NCBI GenBank assembly: GCA_016186485.1 | Contig: JACPLN010000001.1 | Span: 18,377-82,376 of the forward strand | Origin: Candidatus Nealsonbacteria bacterium | Lineage (GTDB): Bacteria; Patescibacteriota; Minisyncoccia; Minisyncoccales; UBA6532 | DNA: 64,000 nucleotides | Direction: 5' to 3' | Shown here: positions 21,418 through 29,207 of the stretch, one piece after another | How positions within the stretch are numbered: the first letter of the stretch is position 1 | How the letters are laid out: each line of letters opens with the position of its first letter | Made by a program: the position numbers and the translations under genes | The notes under the pieces: generated by a model | What the model saw: the letters and a program-made list of their open reading frames with translations, nothing else | Told to the model about the DNA's origin: nothing | Databases searched by the model: none

Positions 21418-21816
21418 ATGCAAAGAATGGAAAAAAGGTTGTTAACGGAAGGAAGGATAAAATTGATTCAAGAAACCGTAAGTAGGATTTTGGGTGACCC
21501 TGTTGTAAAGAGAGTAGACGAGCGAGAAAGATGTCTAGGTTGGTCGCCACCGCTTGATAAACCCTATAAGCCATACAGACACGCCTTTGTGACGTATCTT
21601 ATTACTCCTTCACCAGCAAACAATAAGGATTACATAGAGTTTATTAAGATTGAGGTTCCAAAAGGATATGGGGATTTACCCTGGATCAAAGAAGTAACTA
21701 AAGCAGTACACGAGATTATCCGCGATAATAATGAGCCAGCCGTGGATATTGATCTGACAATTTTTGAAAGAACAGAAGATGGATCAGTAAAATCTGCTGG
21801 TCACAGAGATCTATAA
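21418..21816 (+). CDS. hypothetical protein (orphan)
   Basis: 132-aa ORF after the consensus promoter; AGGAG precedes the second ATG (21427). Confidence 0.5.
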   Translation: MQRMEKRLLTEGRIKLIQETVSRILGDPVVKRVDERERCLGWSPPLDKPYKPYRHAFVTYLITPSPANNKDYIEFIKIEVPKGYGDLPWIKEVTKAVHEIIRDNNEPAVDIDLTIFERTEDGSVKSAGHRDL

Positions 21817-21861
21817 AAAAGTGCTCCTTTAACCTTAGAACACTAAGCAATAATAAATAGC

Positions 21862-21897
21862 CTCAAGAGCACCAAAACTCTTGAGCTTTTTGTTTTT
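21862..21897 (+). terminator. intrinsic terminator
   Basis: CTCAAGAG-8 nt-CTCTTGAG followed by CTTTTTGTTTTT. Confidence 0.7.
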
Positions 21898-21952
21898 GAG
21901 TAAAAGTAGTTAGCGTGAGTAATTAGTACTTAGGGATTTTGCTTTGCAAAAT

Positions 21953-22032
21953 GAGCGGGATAGTGGAGGACGTTAGAACCTGTTTTATGGGTGGCGAGAG
22001 GTTTTTTATCCCGAGTTTGTCGGTGGAAGGGG
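21953..22032 (+). repeat. 80-nt direct repeat, copy 2
   Basis: see copy 1; the repeats start 703 nt apart. Confidence 0.85.
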
Positions 22033-22040
22033 CGAAATGG

Positions 22041-22068
22041 TTGACAAGTTAATATAGCCTGTTAAAAT
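22041..22068 (+). promoter_or_regulatory. sigma-70-type promoter
   Basis: TTGACA-16 nt-TAAAAT. Confidence 0.55.
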
Positions 22069-22086
22069 AGACATCGGAGGATAAAA

Positions 22087-22257
22087 ATGGAAGATAGTGG
22101 TTCTCTCTACGAAATAGTACCTTGTCCGGAATGCGGAGAGCCTACGAAGCAAAAGAAAAACGCAAGTCCAGACGAACGAGTGGTTTCTTGCGGTAGACCG
22201 ACGTGTTCATATTGGGAGAAAATAGGTTCTTCTGATGCTCCATCAAATTTTAATTAA
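22087..22257 (+). CDS. 56-aa zinc-ribbon protein (not in ORF track, below its size cutoff)
   Basis: GGAGGA-6 nt-ATG; MEDSGSLYEIVPCPECGEPTKQKK...VSCGRPTCSYWEKI, i.e. CPxC...CxxxxC. Confidence 0.45.
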   Translation: MEDSGSLYEIVPCPECGEPTKQKKNASPDERVVSCGRPTCSYWEKIGSSDAPSNFN

Positions 22258-22307
22258 GTCCTCGGAAATTTTTAGAAATTTTCGAGGATTTTTTGTTGCA
22301 ATTTTTG

Positions 22308-22378
22308 AGCGGGTGATGGGAATCGAACCCACGTAGTCTGGTTGGAAACCAGAAGCACTGCCATTGTGCTACACCCGC
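22308..22378 (-). tRNA. tRNA-Gly(TCC)
   Basis: acceptor GCGGGTG/CACCCGC, anticodon loop TTTCCAA. Confidence 0.85.
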
Positions 22379-22380
22379 AA

Positions 22381-22451
22381 TCGGGGTACTCGGATTTGAA
22401 CCGAGACTAAATCCTCCCAAAGGACTCGTGCTGCCATTACACCATACCCCG
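22381..22451 (-). tRNA. tRNA-Pro(TGG)
   Basis: acceptor CGGGGTA/TACCCCG, anticodon loop TTTGGGA; 2-nt spacer to tRNA-Gly. Confidence 0.85.
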
Positions 22452-22459
22452 TACCACAA

Positions 22460-22488
22460 AATCTATCAAAAATTTTTCCCCAAGTCAA
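22460..22488 (-). promoter_or_regulatory. promoter of the tRNA-Pro/tRNA-Gly pair
   Basis: minus strand TTGACT-17 nt-TAGATT, 8 nt before the tRNA-Pro 5' end. Confidence 0.6.
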
Positions 22489-22522
22489 AAAAGAAAATTC
22501 GTGGTATAGTATCAATACAATC

Positions 22523-23503
22523 ATGAAACTTAATGATATTTTGGATCAGCTGAATATCATAGGCCAGTGCCGGAGATACGGCGTTTCTCTTTGGCAGTGC
22601 CCCCAATTTTTATTTTTAGTGATGGGGATGGTTATAATAGCCACAATGCTTACTTCTTATCTTTTGGGCATAAGGTATATTGAAGATCCCTTAATGGTGG
22701 CTTTTTTGGTGATTTTAATTACCGCCTTTTTATTTATAATCGGCTCCGTTATTGTCCAGAGTTTTGAAAAACTGGCTGAGGTTTCAAGAATGAAGACCGA
22801 GTTTATTAATATTGTTTCCCATCAATTAAGGGCTCCTTTAACTAGCATGAAATGGGCCCTTGAGGAATTTATTTTAAAACTGCCTCCGGAAGCGACTCAT
22901 AACCACGAAGAAGAATATATCAGCATACTAAAGGATAACAACGAAAGAATGGCAAAACTGATTAACGATCTTTTAATCGTTGCCAGAGCGGAACAGGGCA
23001 AACTGGTTATAAAAAAAGAAGAAATTTCTCCAACAGAATTAATAGAGAGGTCTATAAAAGATTTTTCTCCAATGGCCCAAGCTTTAAATGTTCAGGTAAT
23101 TTTTGAGCGCGAAAACGATCTGCCTAAAATCTTTGCCGACCCTTTCCAGTTAAAATTAGTCATAGACAATCTTTTAGACAACGCCATACGCTATTCAAGG
23201 CCATCGCAGGATAGAAACGACGGAGAAAGCGGGATCGTGGAAATGCGCCTTAAAAACAAAGGCAAAGATGTTTATTTTGAGATAAAAGACAACGGCGTTG
23301 GCATTCCTGACAATGACCAGAAATACATATTCCAGAAATTTTTCAGGTCAAGCAACGCATCAAGGTACCAGACTCAGGGCACGGGCCTCGGGCTTTTTAT
23401 CGCAAAATCAATCATTGAAGCATTAAAAGGGAAAATCGCTTTTAAAAGCAACGAAGATGACGGGTCGACATTTTGGTTTACTTTACCCATTAATAATCTA
23501 TGA
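22523..23503 (+). CDS. sensor histidine kinase (2 TM, HisKA, HATPase_c)
   Basis: H-box FINIVSHQLRAPLT, N-box DNLLDNAIRYS, G-boxes DNGVGIP and GTGLGLFIAK. Confidence 0.9.
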   Translation: MKLNDILDQLNIIGQCRRYGVSLWQCPQFLFLVMGMVIIATMLTSYLLGIRYIEDPLMVAFLVILITAFLFIIGSVIVQSFEKLAEVSRMKTEFINIVSHQLRAPLTSMKWALEEFILKLPPEATHNHEEEYISILKDNNERMAKLINDLLIVARAEQGKLVIKKEEISPTELIERSIKDFSPMAQALNVQVIFERENDLPKIFADPFQLKLVIDNLLDNAIRYSRPSQDRNDGESGIVEMRLKNKGKDVYFEIKDNGVGIPDNDQKYIFQKFFRSSNASRYQTQGTGLGLFIAKSIIEALKGKIAFKSNEDDGSTFWFTLPINNL

Positions 23504-23868
23504 AGAAAATATTATTTATAGAAGATGAGCCCGCTCTCCAAAAGACAATGGGAGATTTTCTTAAGGATGGGGGGTACGAAATAATCGGCGCCCTAGACGG
23601 TGAAAGCGGTCTGGAAATGGCCGAATCCCAAAAACCGGATTTAGTTATTTTGGACTTAGTCCTGCCGAGAATGGACGGTTTTGAAGTTTTGAAGTCCCTA
23701 AAAGCGAAGGAAGAGACCAAAGACATTCCCGTTATTGTCCTAACTAATCTTGAGAGGCTGGAAGACATCAGCAAAGTCCTTGCCTTGGGAGCCACAACCT
23801 ATTTGGTTAAGGCGAATTATACTTTAGAGGAGGTGGCAGACAAGATTAAGAAAACCCTCGGCGAGTAA
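23500..23868 (+). CDS. single-domain response regulator (CheY-like receiver)
   Basis: DLVILDLVLPRMDG phospho-acceptor Asp, PVIVLT, no output domain; ATGA overlap with the kinase gene. Confidence 0.9.
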   Translation: MKKILFIEDEPALQKTMGDFLKDGGYEIIGALDGESGLEMAESQKPDLVILDLVLPRMDGFEVLKSLKAKEETKDIPVIVLTNLERLEDISKVLALGATTYLVKANYTLEEVADKIKKTLGE

Positions 23869-23878
23869 TTATGGGAAT

Positions 23879-23907
23879 TTGACCGAATGGTAATATTTGG
23901 ATATAAT
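23879..23907 (+). promoter_or_regulatory. promoter of tRNA-Arg(TCT)
   Basis: TTGACC-17 nt-TATAAT. Confidence 0.6.
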
Positions 23908-23920
23908 TCTTACTTGAGGG

Positions 23921-23995
23921 GCCCCCATAGCTCAATGGACAGAGCAATACCCTTCTAAGGTAAAGATGACTGTTCGACTCAGTCTGGGGGCACCA
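23921..23995 (+). tRNA. tRNA-Arg(TCT), CCA encoded
   Basis: acceptor GCCCCCA/TGGGGGC, anticodon loop CTTCTAA, 3' ACCA. Confidence 0.85.
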
Positions 23996-24045
23996 AACCA
24001 CAGGCAAATTATTGGCAAAAAAGTTAACAATATTGCTAAAAATCA

Positions 24046-25179
24046 ATGAGAAAAATAACCGCCTCGGTAATTAAAGCGGACGTTGGTTCCATCGGAGGCC
24101 ATACCAAGCCTTCCGAGAAAATGCTCCGCATTGTTCAAGATCGCGTAAAGGAATCCATAAACAAAGGATTGCTTCTTGACGGGTTTGTTTCCCATACCGG
24201 AGACGATATCGCTATTGTTATGAGCCACGAGCGCGGAGTCGGTAATCGCGAAATCCATCAATTTGCTTGGAATTGTTTTTTGGAAGCGACCAGAGAGGCG
24301 CAAAGAGCCGGACTTTACGGAGCCGGGCAAGATCTGTTAGTTGATGCTCCGGCAGGGACCGTTCGCGGGGCAGGCCCTGCGGTAGCGGAAATTGAGTTTA
24401 CTCGCGACCCGCAAAGCAAAGAGCGTCCCGCGGAAGCCTTTATCGTATTTACCGCAGACAAATGCGGGCCGGGCGCCTACAATTACCCTCTTTATGCCGT
24501 ATTCAGCGATCCAATGCACGATGGGGGATTGTTGCTGAATCCTAAAATGCGAAAAGGGTTTAGCATAACCGTTATTGATATGGATCATAAAGACGGAGAC
24601 CGCGTGATTAAACTTGAAATTCCGGAAAGAGTTTGGGACCTGGCCGTGCTAATGCAAAACCCGGATCGTTTCGCGATTGAATCTATACATTCGCGTTATG
24701 TCCCAGAAGAACAGATTGTTTCGGTATCTGCAACTAGGCTTCATAATATTGCGGGAAAATACACAGGTAAGGATGATCCGGTGGCTCTTGTTAGAACCCA
24801 GGGCATGTTCCCTGCCCCGGAGGAAATTGTTGAACCTTTTACGCTTGGGCATTTTGTTACCGGAGACGCCCGGGGATCTCATGTTATGCCCTTAATGCCT
24901 GTTGCCATAAACACGGCAGTGGCAGGGCCATATTGTTTACCGCTTGTTGCTTGCGTTGCTTTTTCGATGGACGCGGCTGGAAAATTTTCCGAAGAATACG
25001 TTGACATGTTTGGAAACGTAGCCTGGGACGCTGCGCGCCTTAAAATACAAAAGAAAGCGGATGAATGGAGGCGCCAAGGATTTATCGGCCCCACCATGGC
25101 TTCGCACCAAGAATTATCCTATACTGGCATAGTAGACGCCCTCCGTGAATTAGAAAAAGAATTTGAAGTGAGGAAATAA
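24046..25179 (+). CDS. fbp: class V (archaeal-type) fructose-1,6-bisphosphate aldolase/phosphatase
   Basis: N-terminus MRKITASVIKADVGSIGGHTKP and overall 377-aa pattern typical of the bifunctional FBP aldolase/phosphatase. Confidence 0.85.
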   Translation: MRKITASVIKADVGSIGGHTKPSEKMLRIVQDRVKESINKGLLLDGFVSHTGDDIAIVMSHERGVGNREIHQFAWNCFLEATREAQRAGLYGAGQDLLVDAPAGTVRGAGPAVAEIEFTRDPQSKERPAEAFIVFTADKCGPGAYNYPLYAVFSDPMHDGGLLLNPKMRKGFSITVIDMDHKDGDRVIKLEIPERVWDLAVLMQNPDRFAIESIHSRYVPEEQIVSVSATRLHNIAGKYTGKDDPVALVRTQGMFPAPEEIVEPFTLGHFVTGDARGSHVMPLMPVAINTAVAGPYCLPLVACVAFSMDAAGKFSEEYVDMFGNVAWDAARLKIQKKADEWRRQGFIGPTMASHQELSYTGIVDALRELEKEFEVRK

Positions 25180-25191
25180 CAATAACTATAC

Positions 25192-25263
25192 GGTGGCTAT
25201 GGTGTAATGGCAGCACAGCGCCCTGTGGAGGCGCTAGAGGCAGTTCAAATCTGCTTAGCCACC
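25192..25263 (+). tRNA. tRNA-His(GTG) with encoded G-1
   Basis: G-1 + GTGGCTA/TAGCCAC + discriminator C, anticodon loop CTGTGGA. Confidence 0.85.
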
Positions 25264-26847
25264 CAAGACTGGATTTTGGGAGTAGATTTTCTCCCAATTC
25301 CGTTCATTCGAGCCATTTTTGAGAGGTTCGAACCGTTGCCGGAGCATTTTGACCTTTTTTGCCGCCCTTTCTATCAGAAGGAGCGGTTTTTCTATTGAAA
25401 TGGAGAGTTTTTGATCTTTCAGAGTGAGGTTCGAACCTAAGGCAGAGAGTATTGCTTTCTTTTCCTCTAAAGTTCCGGTTTCAAATTTCTGCTTCGCATC
25501 ACGAGCAAAATCAAACACTGTTTGTGCTGTCTGAATCCAATTATTCATCCGTCCATCTGTGTCATCTAAGATCTCGTGTAAACGGGCTTTCTCTTGAAGT
25601 AGTAGTTGTTTCTTTGAAAAAAATTCCTCTTCGGTAATTTCGTTTCCTGCTCGCATATCAATTAAAGCATCGATTTTTCTTATACAATTCTCGTAAGCTC
25701 TCTTATTATTTCCGAGGAGCACGTTTCTATTCTTTGCCTCTTGCTTATTTTCCGTCCGTAAGCATTCCATCGCCCATTCGTGGAACTCCGTTGGGATTTC
25801 AATATTTTGAAGCATCCGGGCAATTTGAGTCTCTAAGTCTTTCACCCCAATATATTTTTGAGTGCATTTTGGGTTCCTTCTTTTTGTACAACGGTAATAA
25901 GTATAAAAGTGGACATTCCCGTTTTTCTGCCGTTTTACTTTGTCTTCCGCAGTTATCATGCTGCCACATTCGCCGCACCTAATCATTCCAGTAAAGGCAA
26001 AATTATGGGTTTGTTTTCTCGGTTTAGAAGCATTACCCAAAATTATTTGAGCACGGTCGAACTCATCTTTTGTAATCATTAGATCGTGGTTGCCTTTAGG
26101 ATAAAGAACGCCGGCATAGACAAAGGCCCCGTAATAAAATGGGTCCTTAAAGATGTTATAGAATCTACTTCGCCCCATTTTCTTCCCATTTTTACGCGTT
26201 AGCCTCAATTCTTCTGTTGTATTTTCGTAGAGTTTCTGAATGGAAAAGTTGCCGGTCAGTAATATGTCCCATAGTTTTCTTACCAGATCGAATCGTTCTG
26301 GATCTTTCATAATGTCTTTTCTGCCTTTTTCCTTGAATTTATTATTGAGGTATCCTATAGGAGCCAGTCCTGGAAAGTCGCCTTGCTCGCACTTCCTAAG
26401 AAGTCCTCTCTTCGTATTAGCCCGCAATACCCTAATAAAATCGCTTGCACTCCCAAATTCTACTGCGGTAATCAGATGATTGTCCTCTGAGGTAAAAGAT
26501 CGCGTAGGTGTCTTTATAAATTTTAATAGTCCAGTTTCAAGACGATATTTAATACTCCCTGCGTCTGCCGAGTTTCTAGCAAGACGATCTAGTGCCCAAC
26601 ATAATATTCCATTCACCTTCCCTTCGTCTATAATTTTGAGCATTTCATTAAAGCCTTTCCTCCCAGGAGCTTTAGCTGATTTGGCCTCAGTCTTCGTCTT
26701 AACGATTTGAAGGCCTTCTTGTTCTGCAATCTTTTCCAATTCATCAACTTGCGCAGGAATGCTCAAAATTTGTCTGTCCTCAGACTCACTGGATTTTCGA
26801 GCATAAAGGAAGTATTTAATTTTTTGATTGTTTAATTCTTGGTGCAT
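25255..26847 (-). CDS. large serine recombinase (integrase)
   Basis: resolvase N-domain YARKSSESEDRQ...DRLARN, recombinase domain, zinc ribbon CGECGSMI...YYRC, C-terminal coiled coil; 530 aa. Confidence 0.9.
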   Translation of the reverse strand: MHQELNNQKIKYFLYARKSSESEDRQILSIPAQVDELEKIAEQEGLQIVKTKTEAKSAKAPGRKGFNEMLKIIDEGKVNGILCWALDRLARNSADAGSIKYRLETGLLKFIKTPTRSFTSEDNHLITAVEFGSASDFIRVLRANTKRGLLRKCEQGDFPGLAPIGYLNNKFKEKGRKDIMKDPERFDLVRKLWDILLTGNFSIQKLYENTTEELRLTRKNGKKMGRSRFYNIFKDPFYYGAFVYAGVLYPKGNHDLMITKDEFDRAQIILGNASKPRKQTHNFAFTGMIRCGECGSMITAEDKVKRQKNGNVHFYTYYRCTKRRNPKCTQKYIGVKDLETQIARMLQNIEIPTEFHEWAMECLRTENKQEAKNRNVLLGNNKRAYENCIRKIDALIDMRAGNEITEEEFFSKKQLLLQEKARLHEILDDTDGRMNNWIQTAQTVFDFARDAKQKFETGTLEEKKAILSALGSNLTLKDQKLSISIEKPLLLIERAAKKVKMLRQRFEPLKNGSNERNWEKIYSQNPVLGG

Positions 26848-26936
26848 GGTCTAAAATCGTTGTAAGAACCCTTTTAACCACAACATGCCGCTACCCAGAT
26901 TATAAGTCAAGCAGATAATTCACCTTACTATAGAAT

Positions 26937-27374
26937 TCAAATTTTTCCTTCCTTGATAAGCTTTTTAATTTCGGTTCTCTGGTCATCGGTTAGTTTTAGT
27001 TTGTAAGTTGTTTCCTCTTCGACCTTCCTTCTTTCTTCGGCTCCCCATTTTTGTCTTGCCCGGTTCTTTAAGAAGAAAATAATGGCGGTTAGGTTTCCTT
27101 TTTGAATGGCTTCGTAGAGTTTGCTTTCAACGTATTCGATTTGTTGTTTTTTCTCTTCCTCTATCTGTTTTACAAAATCGGGATACTTTTTCAGCCATTC
27201 ATAATAAGTGTCTCGGTTGATTCCGGTGGATTTGCAAGCGGCTGCGACCGTCCAGTATTTAAGGTATTCTTCAACCCAAATTTGTTGGTTCTCTCTAATG
27301 CGTTTCTCTATCAAAGTTTCGGTTTTTTTGTCGGATTTGTCGGATTTGGTTTTTGGCATTTTAGAGGTAGTCAT
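26937..27374 (-). CDS. HTH protein, terminase-small-subunit-like
   Basis: AACKSTGINRDTYYEWLKKYPDF HTH followed by LTAIIFFLKNRARQKWG; family assignment from memory. Confidence 0.4.
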   Translation of the reverse strand: MTTSKMPKTKSDKSDKKTETLIEKRIRENQQIWVEEYLKYWTVAAACKSTGINRDTYYEWLKKYPDFVKQIEEEKKQQIEYVESKLYEAIQKGNLTAIIFFLKNRARQKWGAEERRKVEEETTYKLKLTDDQRTEIKKLIKEGKI

Positions 27375-27395
27375 GGTCGTCTATGTCCACCAAAG

Positions 27396-27851
27396 TCATG
27401 GAATAGAATTTCTTTTCTTTGTTTTACCGCCTAAGATCGGAATAGGTCTTCCGCCTTTTCTGGTCAGCTCTTGTCTTTCGGCCCAGTCGAGGAAGTACTC
27501 GAACCATAATTTGAAATCCCCAGTTGATCCTTTTCTGATAATTGACTCATAGAATTTCATCATGACGTTTGACGTTCTGTCTTTTCCCCATTCTTTCCAT
27601 TGCTCTTGGATTTCGTCCCAGAAGCCTCGTTTCTTTTTGTAATTAGTTAAAGTATCTTCACCTACTCCGTAAATTTTAGCAAATTCCTTTTGGAATCTAG
27701 GTTCTCTTTCTGGTTCTGGCAAGCTCATCCACTTAATAAACCTATGATAAACATCTGGCCTATGTAGACTTTTCGGATTTTTAGGCAGTTTATTCGGAAA
27801 TCGGGTCCTTTTTTGCGGATTAATCCGCCTTTGTCTTTTAAGAGTAGTCAT
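27396..27851 (-). CDS. HTH protein, paralogous architecture to 26937..27374
   Basis: FAKIYGVGEDTLTNYKKKRGFWDEI HTH; same MTT start and conserved 25-nt upstream leader. Confidence 0.4.
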   Translation of the reverse strand: MTTLKRQRRINPQKRTRFPNKLPKNPKSLHRPDVYHRFIKWMSLPEPEREPRFQKEFAKIYGVGEDTLTNYKKKRGFWDEIQEQWKEWGKDRTSNVMMKFYESIIRKGSTGDFKLWFEYFLDWAERQELTRKGGRPIPILGGKTKKRNSIP

Positions 27852-27933
27852 TGTCGTCTACGGCGCCAAAGTCGTACACAAGGGCAACCACGGCGTTACA
27901 TCCGTCATTTTCTGGTAAGTTATCAATTGTGTA

Positions 27934-28076
27934 GCAAATCTTTGATTTGCCACTATCTTATACTTAATAAGATAGTGATACTTAGTTACCTTAAGTTAGT
28001 ATTGTTAGTAGGCGTATTGCGACCATACCCCAGGCGTATTATGCCTTTACTGGTTAAGTCGTATTGTGACCATACC
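27934..28076. other. repeat-rich non-coding segment: candidate origin/operator array of the element
   Basis: IR GCAAATC-TTT-GATTTGC (27934-27950); IR CACTATCTTA-7 nt-TAAGATAGTG (27951-27977); GTTAGTA x2; 19-nt direct repeat GGCGTATTGCGACCATACC / GTCGTATTGTGACCATACC (28011, 28058). Confidence 0.4.
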
Positions 28077-28471
28077 TAAGGTTTTACTGGAAAAGATTTA
28101 AGAGGCCTATATTCTTTCTTTTGGTTCGACCAATTAGATACGGGCTTCCATTCGGTTCTATCTAAGAGCCAGTAAATGTTACTTCCCCGTCCTTTACTTG
28201 TCCGAGTTCTCATTCGGGCAGAAATTATATTCAATTCTTTTAATCTTTTAACTCCAGTTTTAACTGATGTTTCGCTGATACCCAATTCAGCCGCTAAATG
28301 CCCGATGGAAGGGAAACAGGTTCCATCTTTAGCGTGTCGGCATAAAGCGTGATAAACAACTTGACCCTGCCAGCCGACATACTTCGCATAGCCATTCAGA
28401 AACTCGTTATCAACGTAATAACGGTTTTCTTTTCTTTTATCTCTAACCTTAAATGGTTTATCTTGTTGCAT
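28076..28471 (-). CDS. winged-helix DNA-binding protein (replication-initiator/regulator-like)
   Basis: FPSIGHLAAELGISETSVKTGVKRLKELNIISA wHTH pattern. Confidence 0.5.
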   Translation of the reverse strand: MQQDKPFKVRDKRKENRYYVDNEFLNGYAKYVGWQGQVVYHALCRHAKDGTCFPSIGHLAAELGISETSVKTGVKRLKELNIISARMRTRTSKGRGSNIYWLLDRTEWKPVSNWSNQKKEYRPLKSFPVKP

Positions 28472-28736
28472 CTTTTTGGCGGAGAGTATACCATCGCTTT
28501 TGATTGCGTTTATTAAGCATTTTTATGTTTGATTCAGGTATAATTTCTAAAACACTATCCGTGGCGAGGGTTCTGATGCCTTTTTGAGATTTGCCTTTCT
28601 TCTTTATCGTGAATGGGCAGTACTCCTCTTCTAGCAACCTATCCTTCAAAACCGCCTCCGGATCAATCGGACAGATGTTGATTGAACAATTATCCCATCG
28701 AGGACATCCTTCAAGTTTATTGATTACTTTTTTCAT
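28458..28736 (-). CDS. small Cys-rich hypothetical protein
   Basis: 92 aa, CPRWDNCSINICP...CP; overlaps neighbours on both sides. Confidence 0.4.
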   Translation of the reverse strand: MKKVINKLEGCPRWDNCSINICPIDPEAVLKDRLLEEEYCPFTIKKKGKSQKGIRTLATDSVLEIIPESNIKMLNKRNQKRWYTLRQKDATR

Positions 28737-28902
28737 TTGTATTTTCTGCTTTTTTTATTTGGTCAAAAGAAACCGTGCCATAAATTGTTCGGTATAAATT
28801 CAAAAGCTTAGTTGCTTTAAGCAATGCTTCGTTGTCGTTCAGTTCTTCTCCAAATCTTTCCCGGTATAGCTTCCTAAATTGTTGAATGGCTTCTGGATTC
28901 AT
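28717..28902 (-). CDS. hypothetical protein, first gene of the element operon
   Basis: 61-aa ORF directly after the leader hairpin. Confidence 0.35.
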   Translation of the reverse strand: MNPEAIQQFRKLYRERFGEELNDNEALLKATKLLNLYRTIYGTVSFDQIKKAENTNEKSNQ

Positions 28903-28911
28903 AAAATAAAA

Positions 28912-28964
28912 GGTCCCAAATCTTTACGATTATTCATGTAAATAATCGCAAGTGATTTGGGACC
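28912..28964 (-). terminator. terminator-like leader hairpin (candidate attenuator)
   Basis: GGTCCCAAATC/GATTTGGGACC outer stem with inner CGATTATT/AATAATCG stem; on the minus strand it is followed by TTTTATTTT then the ATG at 28902. Confidence 0.45.
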
Positions 28965-29089
28965 AAATTTTTGATCCACATATTATCTCCTCGCTCTCTT
29001 ACTCTCTCCGGTGTGTAAGATAATCCATGCTTTTAGCATGAAGGAATTTTTCCGCCGCGAGGGCAGTCATTTATTCAATTTTCATTTTC

Positions 29090-29117
29090 ATGATAACAAA
29101 CCAAAGAATTGTGTCAA
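29090..29117 (-). promoter_or_regulatory. promoter of the element operon
   Basis: minus strand TTGACA-16 nt-TATCAT. Confidence 0.5.
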
Positions 29118-29207
29118 GGGATCAAGCTTGTTTTTCTCCCTATCTATGTTATTCTATGGCTAGAAAATTAAACAGCCTAAACCTCGCTTTTGGGGCATGG
29201 CATAAAA

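Larger units (their letters stand above)
25255..29117 (-). mobile_element. integrated element at the tRNA-His 3' end (serine-recombinase type); right boundary uncertain
   Basis: the recombinase ORF overlaps the last 9 nt of the tRNA; six co-oriented genes (recombinase plus five small ones), Rep-like wHTH, repeat-rich non-coding segment, own promoter at 29090-29117. Confidence 0.6.

Noticed and set aside
22250-22459. ORFs overlapping tRNA genes (22250..22459, 10511..10780, 23846..24046, 25082..25398, 40131..40427)
   Set aside because: The sequence is fully explained by cloverleaf tRNA genes on one strand, and there are no coding features.
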